Made by a program: the position numbers and the translations under genes. A stretch of 64,000 nt of DNA from the NCBI RefSeq assembly GCF_964204865.1, contig NC_135257.1:16182001-16246000 (forward strand), written 5' to 3'. The DNA is from Styela clava (taxonomy: Eukaryota). Under the pieces are notes generated by a model, which saw only the letters and a list, made by a program, of their open reading frames with translations, was not told the origin of the DNA and searched no databases. Below, piece by piece: positions 26,244-42,300 of this stretch; position 1 is the first letter of the stretch; each line of letters starts with the position of its first letter.

Positions 26244-29200
26244 GAAGTATCTGATATTAAGCTTCCGCTTATTGCTACTTCCCTATCTATTCATGCAACA
26301 CTACCACTTATACTTATTTAATATGCTATTGCTTTTAGGTTATCAACATTGGGTTGCTGGAAGTAGATTTCCGTGATTCACTAAAATTTCTATAATAAAG
26401 TTGCGATCAAATAGTTGATATTTCACATTTTAAAACCTTGAAAAATTTACTACATATAAACTAGAAATGTCGTGTACAAAATACGTAATATTATTTTAGC
26501 GTTTTCAACGCAAGCGTTTTGTTATTATTTCCATGCTTGTCAGATAATACTGTCCTCATTCATGTTTACTACGACCGACCTAAGAATAAAACGTACAAAA
26601 GTTGCATTTCGAGCACATGCCTTCTTGAAAAATTATCTAGTTTCGCTATACTATAAAATCACATACAAATGAACCAATTATCCTTTTCTCAGAATATTAA
26701 ATAACGTATTTTGAAGAGGGACTCGTTACCTATATAATGATAATGAAAATTCACAACTTGCATCAAGTTTATGGTAAGTTAGTGTTTTGGGCAATAGGTT
26801 CTAATTAAAAAAAATGACTGAATAATAATGACCTCTCGCTTTTTCCTATCAACCGGGGTGTAGTAAAAAAACTATTAAGTTCATTGTATTCGGAAAAAGT
26901 TTTTTTTTATTTTATCTCAAGGCAGATATTTGGTGAAATGTTGAGCATGGGATCTGGGCCCAAAATATTTACTTCATGGATGCACGCTGTGATGGGAACA
27001 AAACTTTGTTACATAAAAATGCTGATGAAAAAGAGCTGCAGTGACAGTAAGAGCAGCATTCTTAAACTGACACAGTCTAAACGTGACAAAATGTTGCAAA
27101 GCAAATGAAAGAAGGAGACCGAGGCTACTGCGCCTAATAGGCCAACGGCTAATAGGCTAACGTTTTAGGGGTCGGTCGACCTTGTTGACCTTGGAAGTAT
27201 TCCCCGTCCCCTTCCGTATATATTTTATGCTTATTGTTGTTTGCTTATGCTTACTGTGTTATGTACTTGTATCGGAAATAAATCATTATCTATCTGTGTC
27301 GCACGGGAAAGGTAATTGGGTAAGAATTTTAAAAATTATGCACAACCTCACTTAGTCAAGTTTACACGATTTGGATCACAATCCTGCCACTGAGAGTATC
27401 TCTAGCTATAAAGGGTAATCCGGGTTAACTCGGGAAGTGTTTGATGGGGGAAGGGAAAGAACAGACATTCGCTTCACATGCCTTATTAATCAAGCATGTA
27501 TATGGGACATATTGCTCGCTTCCACGAAAAAGGGGAATTCAAGCCCAGGATAATGGCGGCCATGTTGCTGAGTGGAAATAGTCGAGCTATCTCGGAACAG
27601 TGTTGATGGTGTTCGACCTTCAAAACAACGGCGATGCGATATGGTCAACTTGAAATAAATCAAAATAAACTCGGGCAAGTACAAATCGGTTATTCTTCTG
27701 CGATTGTCTTCTTTCTATAAGTGGTTCATAATAGCGTGTGTTGCTAATAAATAAAATTCATTTTATAAACAAATTAGGTGCAGTAATTCAGTATCAAATT
27801 CATTCGAAAAGTGAAATGAGCACCTTCAATACAGTTGGTCGTCGTACAAACCATCCAAGTAAACGATCATTAAAATTTATCGTTAAAACCAAAACAGGAC
27901 TAGCGGAGGAATTCCAGAGAATTGGGGTATTATTGAGAATTGAATTTTCCACGTAAAATCTTCACATTATGTATTCAATTTATCAGTAGGTATGCCAATT
28001 TATGTAACATGCGGAACATGTTTAACAGAAGAAACATGGAGTTCATTCGTTTAGATGTAAACATACCTTATGCGCAATAATATTTAATAAATTGATGTGT
28101 TTGATGTCTGCTTGTGTTGTTTATATTTATATTTGGTCGTTCGATTTCTTTTGTTATTTCTCGACACCACAAAATGTAACAACATACCCGCCCTTGCACA
28201 CCATTACCAGTGTAATTACACAACGAATGTTTTATTGATCTTGTGAGTGCCATGGACATGCAAAGCTATATATCCAAATCTTAAGCATGATCGTATATTA
28301 CCGGTATATGGTGATAAATATGAAAGAGTTCAAAGTTCAGGTCATCTAGGGTATTAGTACCAAATTCCAACCAATAACTTGGCATAGCTAATGGTGGTTC
28401 GGGTGAGCCTCCGACGCGACATGCTCCCCGCTTTTGCGTAAACACAAAGCGTTTAAAAAAATGGAGTAGACACGACGTCGCCACGGTAGCCGAGTCGGAG
28501 CAGTTTGCCTGTCTTGCGTGACACAGCAAACGGTAACGACCAAAAATTTTGCACAGATTGTCAATGTCGTTTCGGCATTTGTGGAATCGCAAACAAAGAA
28601 AGACTTACTCGCATGATTTGGTTGAATACAATGGTTACTATTAGAAATGAAACGATGGTTGGTGACCTTACCCTCTGATACAATCATACGTGGAAATCTT
28701 GAATTGTTCTAAATGAGCAAAAGGATTAGTTAATAACAAGACTGCATTTAGCGACCCTAAAAGTCGTTCTACTTTAGCCACTATGATCTTCGACGCAAAA
28801 ATGACAAATGTTTTGTTTGTCTTTTACACGGTAAAAAGTTTGAAGAGTTATGGGTCAATTGTGAATTTCTGTTTGACAAGATGACCCAAAATTCTACAGC
28901 CGGCGCCGACAAAGAGCTTGCTAGCATAAAAATAATCCAGGAATGTCGAATGTTGCCCTAATGAGCGGAACAAAACGGTGAACTGTTCATTTAGCTGGGC
29001 CATTAACAACGTGTTTTTTCAGCAGTCGCCAGTTATTGATGGGTGTCATTTCTGTATTTTAATATGGGAACATTTTCGAGTCGCTATTGTACATCGCATA
29101 ACGTCTTATCCCTATGTAATATTTTTCATTTTTAAAATTTTACTTTACAGATTTGTAAACACCATTTTTACGTGGCATATTTTTGTACCGAATATATAAG

Positions 29201-32200
29201 AATACCAAGCCTTTTATTATGATAAAAAAAAAATTTTCTGCGCAATTATGTCTTTTTTGGATATGAAAATTATATCTATCAAACTGAAATTTATAAAACT
29301 GATGATGACACCGATAGTATTACCGAATACCAGAGATATTTATAGTTAGAACTTGTTGGGAATGCCCGTTCAAAATGGCTATTGTTGTATTCTTATCTTC
29401 AACTTAACTTTAACTTCCACGGAGCAAATACCCAGTATACGAACGTTATTGTACGCTTATATAATATGAGTGTTTCAAACTTGCAACTTGACTTTTCAAC
29501 CGTGAGTGACTTTTGTAATTGAAACTAAATATATGAAGCGTGCCGTAATCGACCGGGAAAGAGTTTCAAGGATGCATAACAAATTAAACTTGCCAGTTTA
29601 CATTTCCAAATTTGCGTTTTATTTTCTCTGTTGATTGACAATCGTCTACGTGCATGGTAATTGTAAACCACGAGGGGTATGTTTACTAGTTTAAATAGTA
29701 TCAATTAAAACATGGGTAAACAATGAAAGACATCGTTAAAAAATTTTGGTTATACAGTCATTGGTCCGTTTGCACCTGTATCCGCTGGCTTGGACATTAA
29801 TCCAACGATACATCGACAGCAAGCAGTGCGCCTATAAACATACCCCGCGCCCCCGCCCGTGATCAGTTTTCTCTCACGGGGGAAATGGGAACGAAATGTA
29901 TCATGTTCCCTGAAATGCGGGGCGGTGTCACGTTACACGGGAATCACATCTCGTGACAATAGCTTGACACCTTAACGAACCGACAACCGAAAAATATATC
30001 GTGCAGGACTACGCTCGGTTTTCTATCGTCGCTTGAATTAAACCGGAAATAATGAGAAATGCGACACCATGAGGTTGTATTTTGAGAAACATATTTGTGA
30101 TTTTATTGAAACCCATACACGACATAATTGTGACCTCGAAATCGATCGGGCATATATATCGCTAAATGCTTCATTTTATTATAAATAAATACGTCATGTC
30201 TCATAATGAATTGTGGGATGAACATTAGTTGTCAGTCTGAAAAGTCAATTATCAGTAGCTGTCATTTCTATTTTGAAAAAAAAATGTTCCGGACGAGCTT
30301 TATCCATCTTTTTTCCCAAATTAATAAAACGTGACCGACCGGTACCTTTACTCGATCATGTTATATTATCGAAATACTTGACATTGCTTTTTCACACGCT
30401 TGTGGCCAAGAGACCATGTTATCACGCTAGCTTCTCTAATCGTCAAAACAATTCTGTGATGACTACATAACAATTCGCTTGGCTTTACACTTGCTCTTTT
30501 TGGATTATTACTAAGAATATACTTTATGCGGGTCAGATGCGATGCGGTACTGACTAATTTTCAAATATTGATGTGAGACTGCCTCGGTCAGCCAGAACGT
30601 TTTGCAAAAACAGATCTGGAAGATGAATAATGATAAAATTAAAACCTACCTGCAGATATTGAACTTAGTGGCGTTTGAACAATCATCACTATCAATGTAT
30701 ATAATAAATAAATCTTAACGAACATTATTAAATCAAGAATTGCAACTTTACAGAATAGTTGAATGATCATTTTTAGAGTTTTTCAAATTTCAAAAGTTTG
30801 CCCCAAATAAGGTTTATCATAAACAACTATTATCACCAAGGACATATAATCGGGATACATATTTAAAATCTTTTCAATTTGTTATAGACCATCCAAGTTA
30901 TTATTCGATGAGTGCTGCGACATAATTTTACAAAATTATGCATTTTCCCCAAAATCTATGGTATTAAATATATACAACACAACAGCATAGAAAAACGTCT
31001 TGTGATATTTTGTTGTTTAGGGGGTTGATCTTCACGGCGTCTGTTTGAAGAGAACTGGGTAACGACCAAAATGATATCACGCAAACTGAAAGAGAATTTC
31101 GAAAATAAAATTAATTAATAAACAGCTTCACGGTGGTAAAGTGATGCCTTATCGATAACAAACACTGTTTGTGCAAACAAGGATAGGACGTTTTTCTACA
31201 GTTTAAACAATACACGACCCTACCTACACGCATCTCAAATATAATACAGCGCTTTGTTCCAGAAATCAGAGGATACGAAATTTATATTATATTTATTCTG
31301 AAAAAGCTCATCTAATACATTTATATTCTGATCTACACATGAATTAAAGAAGATCAATGATAAAATCTGTATAGGCAAGAAAAATTGACGACATTGTAGT
31401 TGACAATATGGATAACAGGTGAGACTATTTCGTGTATTCCTTAAGTATTTTTGAATAAATTGACTCAGATATATTCAGGTTAATTGCGTTTCATATAACG
31501 TGAAATCGCCAAGTCACTTAATTTATAATCGTACGCTTTCTCCTCTCGTGGAAGCAACGTGATACTAGATTATAATAACTTATTTTCGATCGTATATGTG
31601 GATTTTTATTTTATATGCGCTTTCATACTATTAACAACATGTAACCGAAAAGACAAGCTGCGTCATACCTTTGAATGGCAATTCACATCAACGAAATCCA
31701 ACTTTATGTTACGTAAGTTTACTCCAATGTGTGCTTCTTGAATATTACTCAGCATTTTGGAACAGTAAATCATGTACGATTGCGGTGTGCAGATGTGTGA
31801 CTGTAAACAGGCGCTGACATTAGTATTGTTTTCTTAGGACTTGTCATTAAAGTACTCCCAATTAAGTCGATTTGCTCAACACTTCAGTTAGATTGGGAGA
31901 CACTTCACAAACGTTTGCTTTTGGCATCATATTTGTGTTCATGTGTTTTCACTCTTATTTTTAGTTGATTGATAGAATAACGTAAATTTACATTGCACAT
32001 TGAAATCAGATGATATGGCATGTCTGTTTATTAGGACAATTGAAATTGGTAAAGTATATGGAATCTCGATTGGAATTGACAAATGATCGAAATAGTCGAA
32101 CGTTATCTTTGTCAAGGCAAGTCTCAACCGGCATTGTTACTCCGTAGGCGGATTCCAATAAATACTCTAAAACAGTCGGCTGAGACTTTTCGATACTAAT

Positions 32201-34854
32201 CTTATTCATTTATAAAATCTTCGTTGTTTCAAGTTATAGCTTGTTTGCACTCAACTTGTATGGAATAAATATATGTATGAATTATGAAAATTATACTAGC
32301 TTTACTAAAAATCTAAAACGTTTGCATTTACCAAAATGTTCCGAGTCTAGTATTTTGCACCTCTTTTCAGTAAAGTTCAAAGTATAATTTTGAATAACGT
32401 GACCAATATCATGAAAGATTTGAAATGGGTAAATCAGGCGATACAGCCATTTCGTTAAGACTAAGACGATCAAGTCAAACTATAAAAAAAACTTATAGAT
32501 AAGAGTAAAACTTTTTGTGGCAGGTAATTGTTTCTTTTTGCGATTACTTTCTGAAAATCATTTTTTGCATATATAACTCTATTTTAAAATCTACTGTTTA
32601 GTAAATTTTTTCTCGAAAAGACAGAATAAATTAAGTCTAAAAATTATAAAATTGAACAGATTTAAACCAAAACTACCATCAAATTTACATAAGTTGAGAT
32701 GGAATGTTCGAATCCTTGTTATCTGCATGAGTGAATTAAATATTATTGTGAATACAAAGCATGAAAAAATATATATAACTCGAAATAATAAAACACGTTT
32801 AATGACAGACACCTTTTTTCTTTATTTGACTTGTTTATTATATGCTGGAACGACCATTTCACCGAAGTATTATTATTGTTTCTATATTTTTCGGAAATAA
32901 ACATTAATCACCCATCGACATGTCAAGAAGTCATATACGCCTGCTGAGTAAATTACTTCTATCACTAAATCAGTTTGACAAATACACTAGATAAAGTTAT
33001 TGTTTCTGACAAGCAGCTTCGCTATTTATTATCGAGTCACGTCAAGAGTCGAATATAATCTTGTCTGTATATCAATTTTATCACGTAGGATGAGTAGCAC
33101 GGAAGCATTTAATAATGTAGAACCTTATATTCCTGTCACAACCTGGATCTACCAAGTCACGTAAAAACCGTAAATAAAATAGCTTTCTTCGGTGAGAATA
33201 TTCCGGTACAGCATTTTATTTCGCAAAGATTGTGGTTGTTTCCAACTATCGGCGACAATAAAACTTCGAGGTGTAAGACCTAAATCCACACAAATCATAT
33301 GAAAACATCAATATTTCAAAATATCCAATAAAAAAAACTCATCAATTCTTAATGTAAGATATGAAAATGTAAGGTTGAACGAAAAACAGTTTTTTCGTCA
33401 CAACTTTGCATAAACGATCGTCTTTATGTCATCGTATGGCATGGTTTTTTCGTTGCAGTTTCTCAAAGGTCCGACTTCGTTAAAAAAGTACATATTATTA
33501 TGAATACGTGTCGGGCGATTGGAGACACGTTTCTAGCGCTTGCTTTCTGTAAAAGTAATAAAAACAAAGGATTCCTTATATGTTCCAAAATAAAATTTGG
33601 ATACTAAAACCAATCTTGAGACATTGCCTCTAAAATTTCACTGTTGACTACTCGTAATTTAATCTTGATATCTCAATTTCTCAGTATGCATTGATTTTAT
33701 TAATGTTGTAGCCAATACAAATAAAACACCTGTGCAGTGTAGATGCGAATGATGCTCATTTGTGATAGGGTTTTTGCACTTATTTTACCCCATATTTTTT
33801 TAATCCAGTCTTCGACGTCCTCCCAAATTTTGACGCCATATCATCAACCGAAATACATCATCCTAAAATCATGCTACACTATGGAAATTTTCTATTATGA
33901 GTTTCAATCGATATACAATATTCCCGGTTAGTCTTGAAATGCAAATAGATAGTGAGATTTCAGCATTGTAATAGGAAAATTTTTTTATAAATTTGGTCGA
34001 CATTTTGAATAAAGTGTCATATTACATTTCGTGTCAAAAGCTGTTTTCGCACCTTCTGTTAAGTGGTCCCACGAGTCGCAAACAATAGTTTGTAAACTAG
34101 AAGGGATGGATGGGTAATAGAAACCGTGAATGAATAGCAGACGCGTATACCTGTGTTTCGTGAATAAAAGTTGACGGTAGATTTCATACCCTCTCCCGCG
34201 TAGAATACCCAAACCATTTGGTAATTTCGCGTGCAAGGAATCGTCTGTCGCGGTATTATGTGAGCGTGGTGTGCATGGGTATTGAATTATCTATCAGATC
34301 GTACTTTTCCAGGTGTGCCTGAATTTTCACAAAACGACCATCTTTCTTTCTGCGACGGGGTGTAATCCATACCACCCGAAAATTTACGGTTGACTAGATG
34401 AACAGAGCAACCGGATAAATTGACAACAATCGACGCAAATCATTTCGGGATCTATTTCACCTGGGATTGTACGGCCGCCAAATGGGGAAAAATGTCAATT
34501 TTGATTGAATTTAGGCAACAAGTTTTTTGTCTGCTCAACAGAAAGACTATTTGGTCGAATTTCTTCAGTAACTTGAAGCAGAAACGTATAGACTGGAATG
34601 TAGTACAGGACATCAATTTCAGTTTTGTGGAGCAATTTAAAAATAGAAATAATTTAATTTAATAACAAATTATTAATTTCAAAGTATTTAAAACGTTAAA
34701 TATCTATTTAGAAACAGTTTTCCTAAGATACACTACCAGAATGATTTATTTCGATTGAATAGTTTGTGTTGGACAGAGAAATAATACAGATCCAGATTTT
34801 CTCTTTGAGTCGACACAAGGTTATATGTGTCATTTTCGTAGATAGAAAGAGATA

Positions 34855-34963
34855 TACAGTGTTTCGATAAAGTCTGTTTAGTGTTTACAATTAGCAAAAA
34901 TATATCATTTAACCTTGTTATATATTTTTAAAACTGTAACGAGATTTTTTTGGACACCATGTA
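34855..34963. mobile_element. Small degenerate Tc1/mariner-like MITE
   Basis: tacagtgtttcg... ...ttttttggacaccatgta resembles TA-CAGGGTGTCC termini. Very diverged. Confidence 0.3.
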
Positions 34964-36307
34964 TATTTATATTTGTAAGGTCCTCAACAGCTATTTAAAT
35001 CACTTCAATAGAATAGGGTTTTTGAAAATGCAGTATCTGATTTTTACCGCAGCTCTCCACGTCGGCGCATGACTAAAATTATTTAATTCATCAGTTTGTT
35101 CCAGTCTTAGTATTATAAATTAACTATAACTCCGGTGGCGCGCAGAAAAAGTGTTACATTTTATTACTATCCTATCAGCAGTTAGCATGTATTTTTTTGG
35201 TACAAAACGTATATTGGATCCAAAAAGCTCATGAACATAATTAAACTCTTTAAAACTTTTGCCATTGAATGGATATGGATATGGCTTGGTGATACGAACG
35301 TAAATATTTTGTTATTAGATGAAAATAAGCATTGCAACGAAGTTATTTTGATGTATGCTGAAATTTCACTGCATAAAATTTTAATTCAATAGATAGGTTG
35401 AAGAACAAAGATACCACAAACAAGTAGTTAAAATTCAATATTTAAAATATATAACGTTGCTGGTCCTCATAAGGTTGAATGACATTGTACCAATTTAAAA
35501 ACTAAGTCAAGTTTCATTACATTCGCTTTTTAAATGTAAGGTGTGTATAATTGTTGTTTTTTGTTCCCGTCTGTGTTGGGTTACAGCGTTTGCCACAACC
35601 CCTGAACACCTTCATTGTAGATTCGTATAGTTTGTAAAGCTGATGTAAAAACCTTGATGAATTTACACCTCATCTTATGCCGTTTACGCGGTGTATTTCT
35701 TGAATTGGCTACATTTGAATCCACTTATAAAGTATTTATTGATAAAAGTGATATAAAATTTCATTCGAGTGTGAAAAATCTTTATGGCTTGTCCAACAAT
35801 ATAATATAAGAACGCTTTTAGCTAAGTTTTGAAGATGAAAAAAAAAAATGGTGGACACAAAATGGGAGAGCATATCATTGTGACATGCAATACAAAATCC
35901 CGACAGCGACGTAACTTTTCCACGCTACGTTTATTTTGGAGGAAGTATTTCCCTGACAGGCCGTGAATTAGCAAGTAGCCATGCGATATCAGATTACGTG
36001 TGGTTACATTTTCAGCCAAGCTTTTTACAATAAAACTGCGGTACTTAAGATTTGGCGTGTTATCTAGCGTAAAGGTCCACACAAGTACTTCAGTCTAATG
36101 TTTCGGCAATCCAGTACTTCCGAATTGTAATATTGTGATGATTAGTGGTTGTGACATGAACTAAATTTATAGATATCTCTTTCGATTTGTTCTATTTTTG
36201 AAATGTTTTGGCGACTAGGTCCTCATTTTGCTTTATAAATATCATGATAGCATATATTTTCATTCAATACTCTAGTATCGTAAATTAAGTTATATTTTAC
36301 TTACTCA

Positions 36308-39300
36308 ATGCTGTTATTGCGCAGTGATAATCTACCAACTTCGGTCGACTCAAATCTTCCAGCGAGCAATACACTCGACCCAACAGCTTGCCGTGATCGC
36401 CGGGGCGAGGAATTTGAACCTGAGAATATTTTGCCCCAATCTCGTGCCTTAGACATGACCTTGATGAGTAAAGACGTCGGATCTGTGGACTGCAATTTGC
36501 CGAACAATAAAGCAAGTAGTTTTTCAGTCAAAGACATTTTGGACCTACCGGTTTCGGCTGGAAGAAGTGGGCTTTGCCACAACCGAGAACATTTTTTAAA
36601 GGGAGAAAATGGAATTCAGTCCGGAATGGGTCGCCATAATACAGATTACGGACACGCAAGTGAGAGAGGTGGTCTCAGATTTGGCCAAAATCAACATCTG
36701 GAATCGAGTGCTTTGTACTCAACGCCCTTCAAAGCTGAAGAGTTACATTACACCTTCCCTGGCAGAAGTTTGAATTATCCATCCACGAATTGTCAATATA
36801 AAACCTCTTCTTATCCAGAAAGTTACCGAGAGACGCCGTCATATTTTGATAAGGGCGAGGATATACCGACAAATCCACAGAATTTAACGCAAGCTGATAC
36901 CGTTAGTGTCGAACAATCTGGACCGACTAAATACGTTGAATATTTTGATTTCGACAAAACGTCACCAACATCCACTCAACCTCCGAAGTACGCGGAGATC
37001 GGTTATCTGGAAACTTCATCGGGAATGAGATTAAATTCTGTCGGGTCGCCTGTAATGTCAGGCTCGCCATGTTCGACAACGAATCACGATTGCTCTCCTT
37101 ACAACTCAGTCAGCTACAAACAAAGTTGTGTTGAGAATAGAAAAATCTTGGAGTCAAATTTTCATGAACCCCGAGATATTTTATGTGCTGGAAAAACGGA
37201 TATTTCAAGGTAAAGTTTATGAATTGAACTATTGAATAAAACCTGGAATCAGTTTCTTTAACAGTAACTTAGATATAAAAACCGTTTGTGTTTGAATTTG
37301 ACTTATTTTATGTAGCACATCAAAACAATTATTCTTATTTCTGCTTAAAAGTTTGTCTCCATCATAGGAATTCGATTCATTTGCCAAAAGTCTATAGTTA
37401 CTGCAACTAACATGCGCGGAAATTAGAAATAGATAAATTTCCTATTTTTTTAACATATTTAACATTTGTTAGATGGAGATTCTCTGATTAAATGTTCGGA
37501 AATTGGTAAAAACAATAATAGACAAAAACGAGTGTAAAGTGATAATTTATAAATCATATCCTCAAATGACGAACCAGATGCATTAGTAGAGCAATTGTGC
37601 AACATTTTTTGCGACAAGTTAGGAGAAGTTGTCGGTTGCGTAAATAGCTTCCAATCTCTGCTCTCATGGACGCCCGCCTGTGCGGTTCAACATCTCATGC
37701 TCCGAAAAGACAGAGAGCATTGTAATATTTTTTTTCTGAACAACTAGAAACATGCAATTAATTCTGCGTATCATTTCAATCACTAATATCTTATCCTCAA
37801 TGGTTTTATGCTCACACGTCTACAATTTTACTTTACATTTAGTTGATACAATATGTTAGTATGTGCGGATAAAATTGGACAAGTTTTTTCATTCTGAAAA
37901 TTTCGTTTTGAAGCGAGTTCAGAATAATTCCCTCTTTCACTAATTTTTGATAATCTATCATTTTAGTACACAAAACAAGCTTGATTCTGATGGAAAAGAA
38001 GAATATCCGGTATCAAATAGTGAATGGGATTCACAAGTCAATTTCACGAAACTGATTCCGCGTGAAAAGGAAGAGACAAACGAAGGTAATCTTTGAACTT
38101 AATAAAAAATGATAATTTCATATGTGAAAATACAACCACTTTTTAAAGGTCATATTGTTGTTTTTAAAAATTATCGTTATAAAGATACACGTTTAAAAAT
38201 ACGAATACATGGTGAATCAAAGAATAAAATTGCAAAAACTATAACAGTAATCGGTCCATAATTTAGAGGGGATTTAAATTAATGTCGGTCCACAAATGGC
38301 AGAATTGCAAGTTGAAGTACAGTGAATGTGTTGGCAAACTGTTAATGTCCGAATAGAGGTGTATGAAGATATGAGAATGTTTAAAATCTAAATGAAGACC
38401 AGTGTCAATCAGAATCAAATACATATTCATAAATTGCATTAGAAGCGATATTTCATGTTAATTTTTTGAAGATAAATTAATGTATGTATTACAATTTCGT
38501 AGCTTTTAGCTAATATTCTATGGTCTAAAAAGTATTGCACAAACTGTCTTTTTATGAAGTATTGCCGAGGAACAAAGTACGACCGTGAATATTATTTAGT
38601 CTGGAATTGTTCACCTGACCCGACCCGACTTACAACTCGACTTCAAATAAACAAATATTGAGGGCTCCAATAGTAGAGAATTGAATCTGCTTTGCCTCAT
38701 CTGTGTTGGTCATCTCAATTATCCAAAGAAAAATACTCATTTGACAGTATTAAATCAGTATTGTTGATGCAGCATCGGCCACCAGTGGAGGTCGACATGA
38801 ACTTTGGTTCATTCATGAGAAAAACATTTCGTACCGTTGATGCGTATGTATGTTTTACTTTCTCAAATAAAATCACGTTCTCGCAAGCAACATGCGACCG
38901 TTACTACCACAAAATCGCAACATAGAGCCGACTTTCTGCGCTACAGTAGCTTATCGTGAATGTAAAACAAATATTCGCACGATTTCAAATTATTGTCGAT
39001 CGTGCTTTATCATATTCGACATCATTATGGGAACCACCTTAACCGACGAACACGCTTTCTTGTTTACTAGACAGGTCCTCATAAACGAACCATTCCAGTA
39101 TCCAAAATCATGAGGATTACGTTTGGAATAAAATTAGAGTTTCGCAATTTCCTTAAACTGACGCATTCGTAAAGAAAAATTCATACGCTTAGCGGCGCAG
39201 AGCTGAGGATTTAAGATGAACAAGATGAAACATTAAATATGTTAGTTATATTCGCATTCTGAAAATAAAAATGACGGCTTCCAAACCGAAGCATATTTCT

Positions 39301-42300
39301 ACGAATAAAATGCCCCTCATTACGTTTATGCCTTGTACGGAACAGACGTTTAGAACCTCATGAAGAACTAATCTAAAATCGTTTCGAAATCTTCTCTCGC
39401 GGTATGTTTAGTTACTTTTCTCACATGAGTAGTATTGTTCTTAACTTTATTTGAAATAGTTTGAAAACACGCTATAGATTTCTCATTCGATTCGTCTGTG
39501 CTTTTTTCGTCAATTGTACAGTGAAATTTAGTAAAAGCAGTAACTCAAAAGTAACATTTTGCCCGGACCTTTGACCCTCTCTTTGCCCCATCAACCTTTT
39601 TCATTCTACCGCACAGACATACTTTTTCAAACGTGGTCCAACAATAAAAATGCAAGCCTCTGTTGCCACCGTGACAGTCCAGAGTATTAGCTACTGTTTG
39701 ATCAACAGTTAGTGCGACATGCACAATTAGATCTGCCTGTCTCGATCTAAAGGTCTTGAGATATGAGGTCGTTTCAACGAAATTGCTATTAATTAACTTA
39801 CTTTTCAAAATTTAAATTTCCACCGTATTTGTGACATCTTCGCTCAGTATTAACGTAATAAAATCAGCTATAGTAAGTATCGTATGAACAAATGAGTACA
39901 ACTTCACTGGCGCCTACTTTTTTTAAATATTATTTTACGGGAAACCCCTTTGCAATACCAAATTTAAAGAATGATACTCGGAGGTATATAAATTTTTACA
40001 AACAGCAATTTCGCATGTATTCTCGTCATAGCGGCACCGGATTAGTCGTTTTGTCGGCAATTGAAATAACCCGATTTTCACAATTATTAAATTCGAGGTT
40101 TAAGTGCCATAATGTTGGGTGCTCTGTTTGGGGTTGTAATATATAAAGAAGAATATGTTTAGGCTTTGACGGAAACAGTTTACGTATTCTATTGTGGATG
40201 AATATTCCAGAAACAGTCATTTGGGAATGACCAAATTTATTTTCGAAAAGTCATTCAAGAAATCAGCCAATGGTGATAAACACCACGACTTGTGTGGCTA
40301 TATTTGCCCAACTCTTCCGTAAAACAAAACGAGCTAAACAAGTATAAACACGAACTGGACGGTATATTTGCATAGCAATGTTTTCATATCCAAAATGGGA
40401 CAACAGGTCGACACGCACGATGAAGCCGTTGGACAAAATGGCCGTACTGTCGACTTTATTCTCCAAAGACACGAAAATTATTGTATTTCTTTCCTTGTTG
40501 CGATTACTAAAACAATTTCTTGATTCAAGGTAGGGATTGGAAAATCGTAATCCTGTGATTTTTATATGAAAATTTGCTCATCTAAGATTATATTAAATGC
40601 ATGCTTGCATCCGATCCAAGAACAATGGCAGAGATAGATAGGGATCGTGAGACGTCAAAGTGCTTTGGGGGTAACATGTCATTCATTAAACATATTTTGA
40701 GAATTAGATTCTATCTTAAGCACTGTGAAGGATCAACAGACGATGCAAGAGGTATGTAGGTGATAATCGATAAACAGAAAATATCTTGCGCTTTGTGGAT
40801 ACATTTGATATACGTTATTATGTCCAATGGTTTCAGTAACCTAGACTTTGACTTTCTATATACACTATGTATAAATATTTTACTCCATCACTATATTCTG
40901 TCGCACATTTACGAACATGGGGTTATTAAAATGAGTTGAACTTGCGGTTACCAAACGTTCCCACGCGCCGCGCCACTTTCTCCGTCCGTGAAGTTTTCAC
41001 TTCTCGAGTTGTTTGATGTGGCTACATTACCCAACACATCTTAATGTCGTCTTTGGTCACGGTCACCGACGCCATTTAAAAACAATGTCGCGTGACGTCA
41101 TATAGAACTTTCAAGACCGTCAAAATAGGACCATTTTGATACCAATTTCCAAGAGTTTAAGGTCAATGGTAACCGCATTTTGAGGCGTATTTATAGAAAG
41201 TTTCCCGATGAAAATGTTTGATCAGAAAGTAAATTCATGAACGTTTCAAAACAAGAATTTAAAACGTGATAAATATAATTTTCAACCTTGTTTAACAGCC
41301 GATGCAACATAAAGAGTGCCGGACAAACTTGGTCTCATCGCAACATTGATAACAAAAATTTCATAACAATTATTTTGCTTTTCAATTGTTTATGTTTTGC
41401 ATTAAAAATTGAGACAAACTGGCGGCGAGTAAATGCTTAGTACAAATTACCTCATGCATTTGGATGAAAATAATACTGAATTCAACTTGAAACGATGTTT
41501 TGTATACTGGGCGTGAACGATGTGCATTAATAAACACATAAAAATGAAGGAACGAGTCAGTTGAGAGATACGAGATAAGACTGATGTCTATAATTAAAAG
41601 AGGATTCATTAGGCATGAATCAATGTCCACTACCTCATCTCTTTCCACGAAATAGAAAGTATATCAAGTAAGCTTTTGTTAGATCACAGTCTAACTTTCT
41701 CAGACACAGCATAATATAACTTAATAGAACAACGAAAGGACTTGACGTTTAGTATATACAACACCCTAGTACCCTCTGTACCTCATCAAATATGACAAAA
41801 TTGAGTAAACGCTAAACAAAACTGGAGAGTGTGTCCGGTCTGAAACCTGTTTAGCCTTATTGGCTGATTGTAAAGAACATTGTGTGTTCCCTCTGTGTGA
41901 AACACGTTAGGTGACGAATTTGATGAAACCATAAGAATCATATTGTAATTCCAAAACATAGATTTGAGATTGTACTAAATTATTCTCATGATCAATTTCT
42001 TTGAATACGCTTCATCCATTTCAGATTTTTTCTATGTCACTGTGGCATAGAATCAGTTTAAATGGGTTACATTGGTGGTGTTAAGTGAAAGGTCACATTG
42101 TCACTTTATGGTGAACAAGGTCTCAAAGTTTATGCAATGTTAAAAATAGCGCCCGTATCGTTGACTACTTTATATACTGATTTCAAACCATGTCATAATA
42201 GAGAAGGAAAAAAAAGAATACAATAATCTAATAACTGTGTCTTTCTCTTTTCTACAATTACCCAATCCATAGGTAACTGGCGATAATCAGAGACATAACT

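Noticed and set aside
21000-36300. Numerous 60-100 aa ORFs between the LIM gene and Nkx2-2
   Set aside because: They have no motifs, mostly non-ATG starts and no consistent splice chain, as expected by chance in AT-rich intergenic DNA.
36297-36582. Antisense ORFs over Nkx2-2 exon 1 (similar ones overlap the RT and MAGE ORFs)
   Set aside because: Short reverse-strand shadows of real coding sequence with no motifs.
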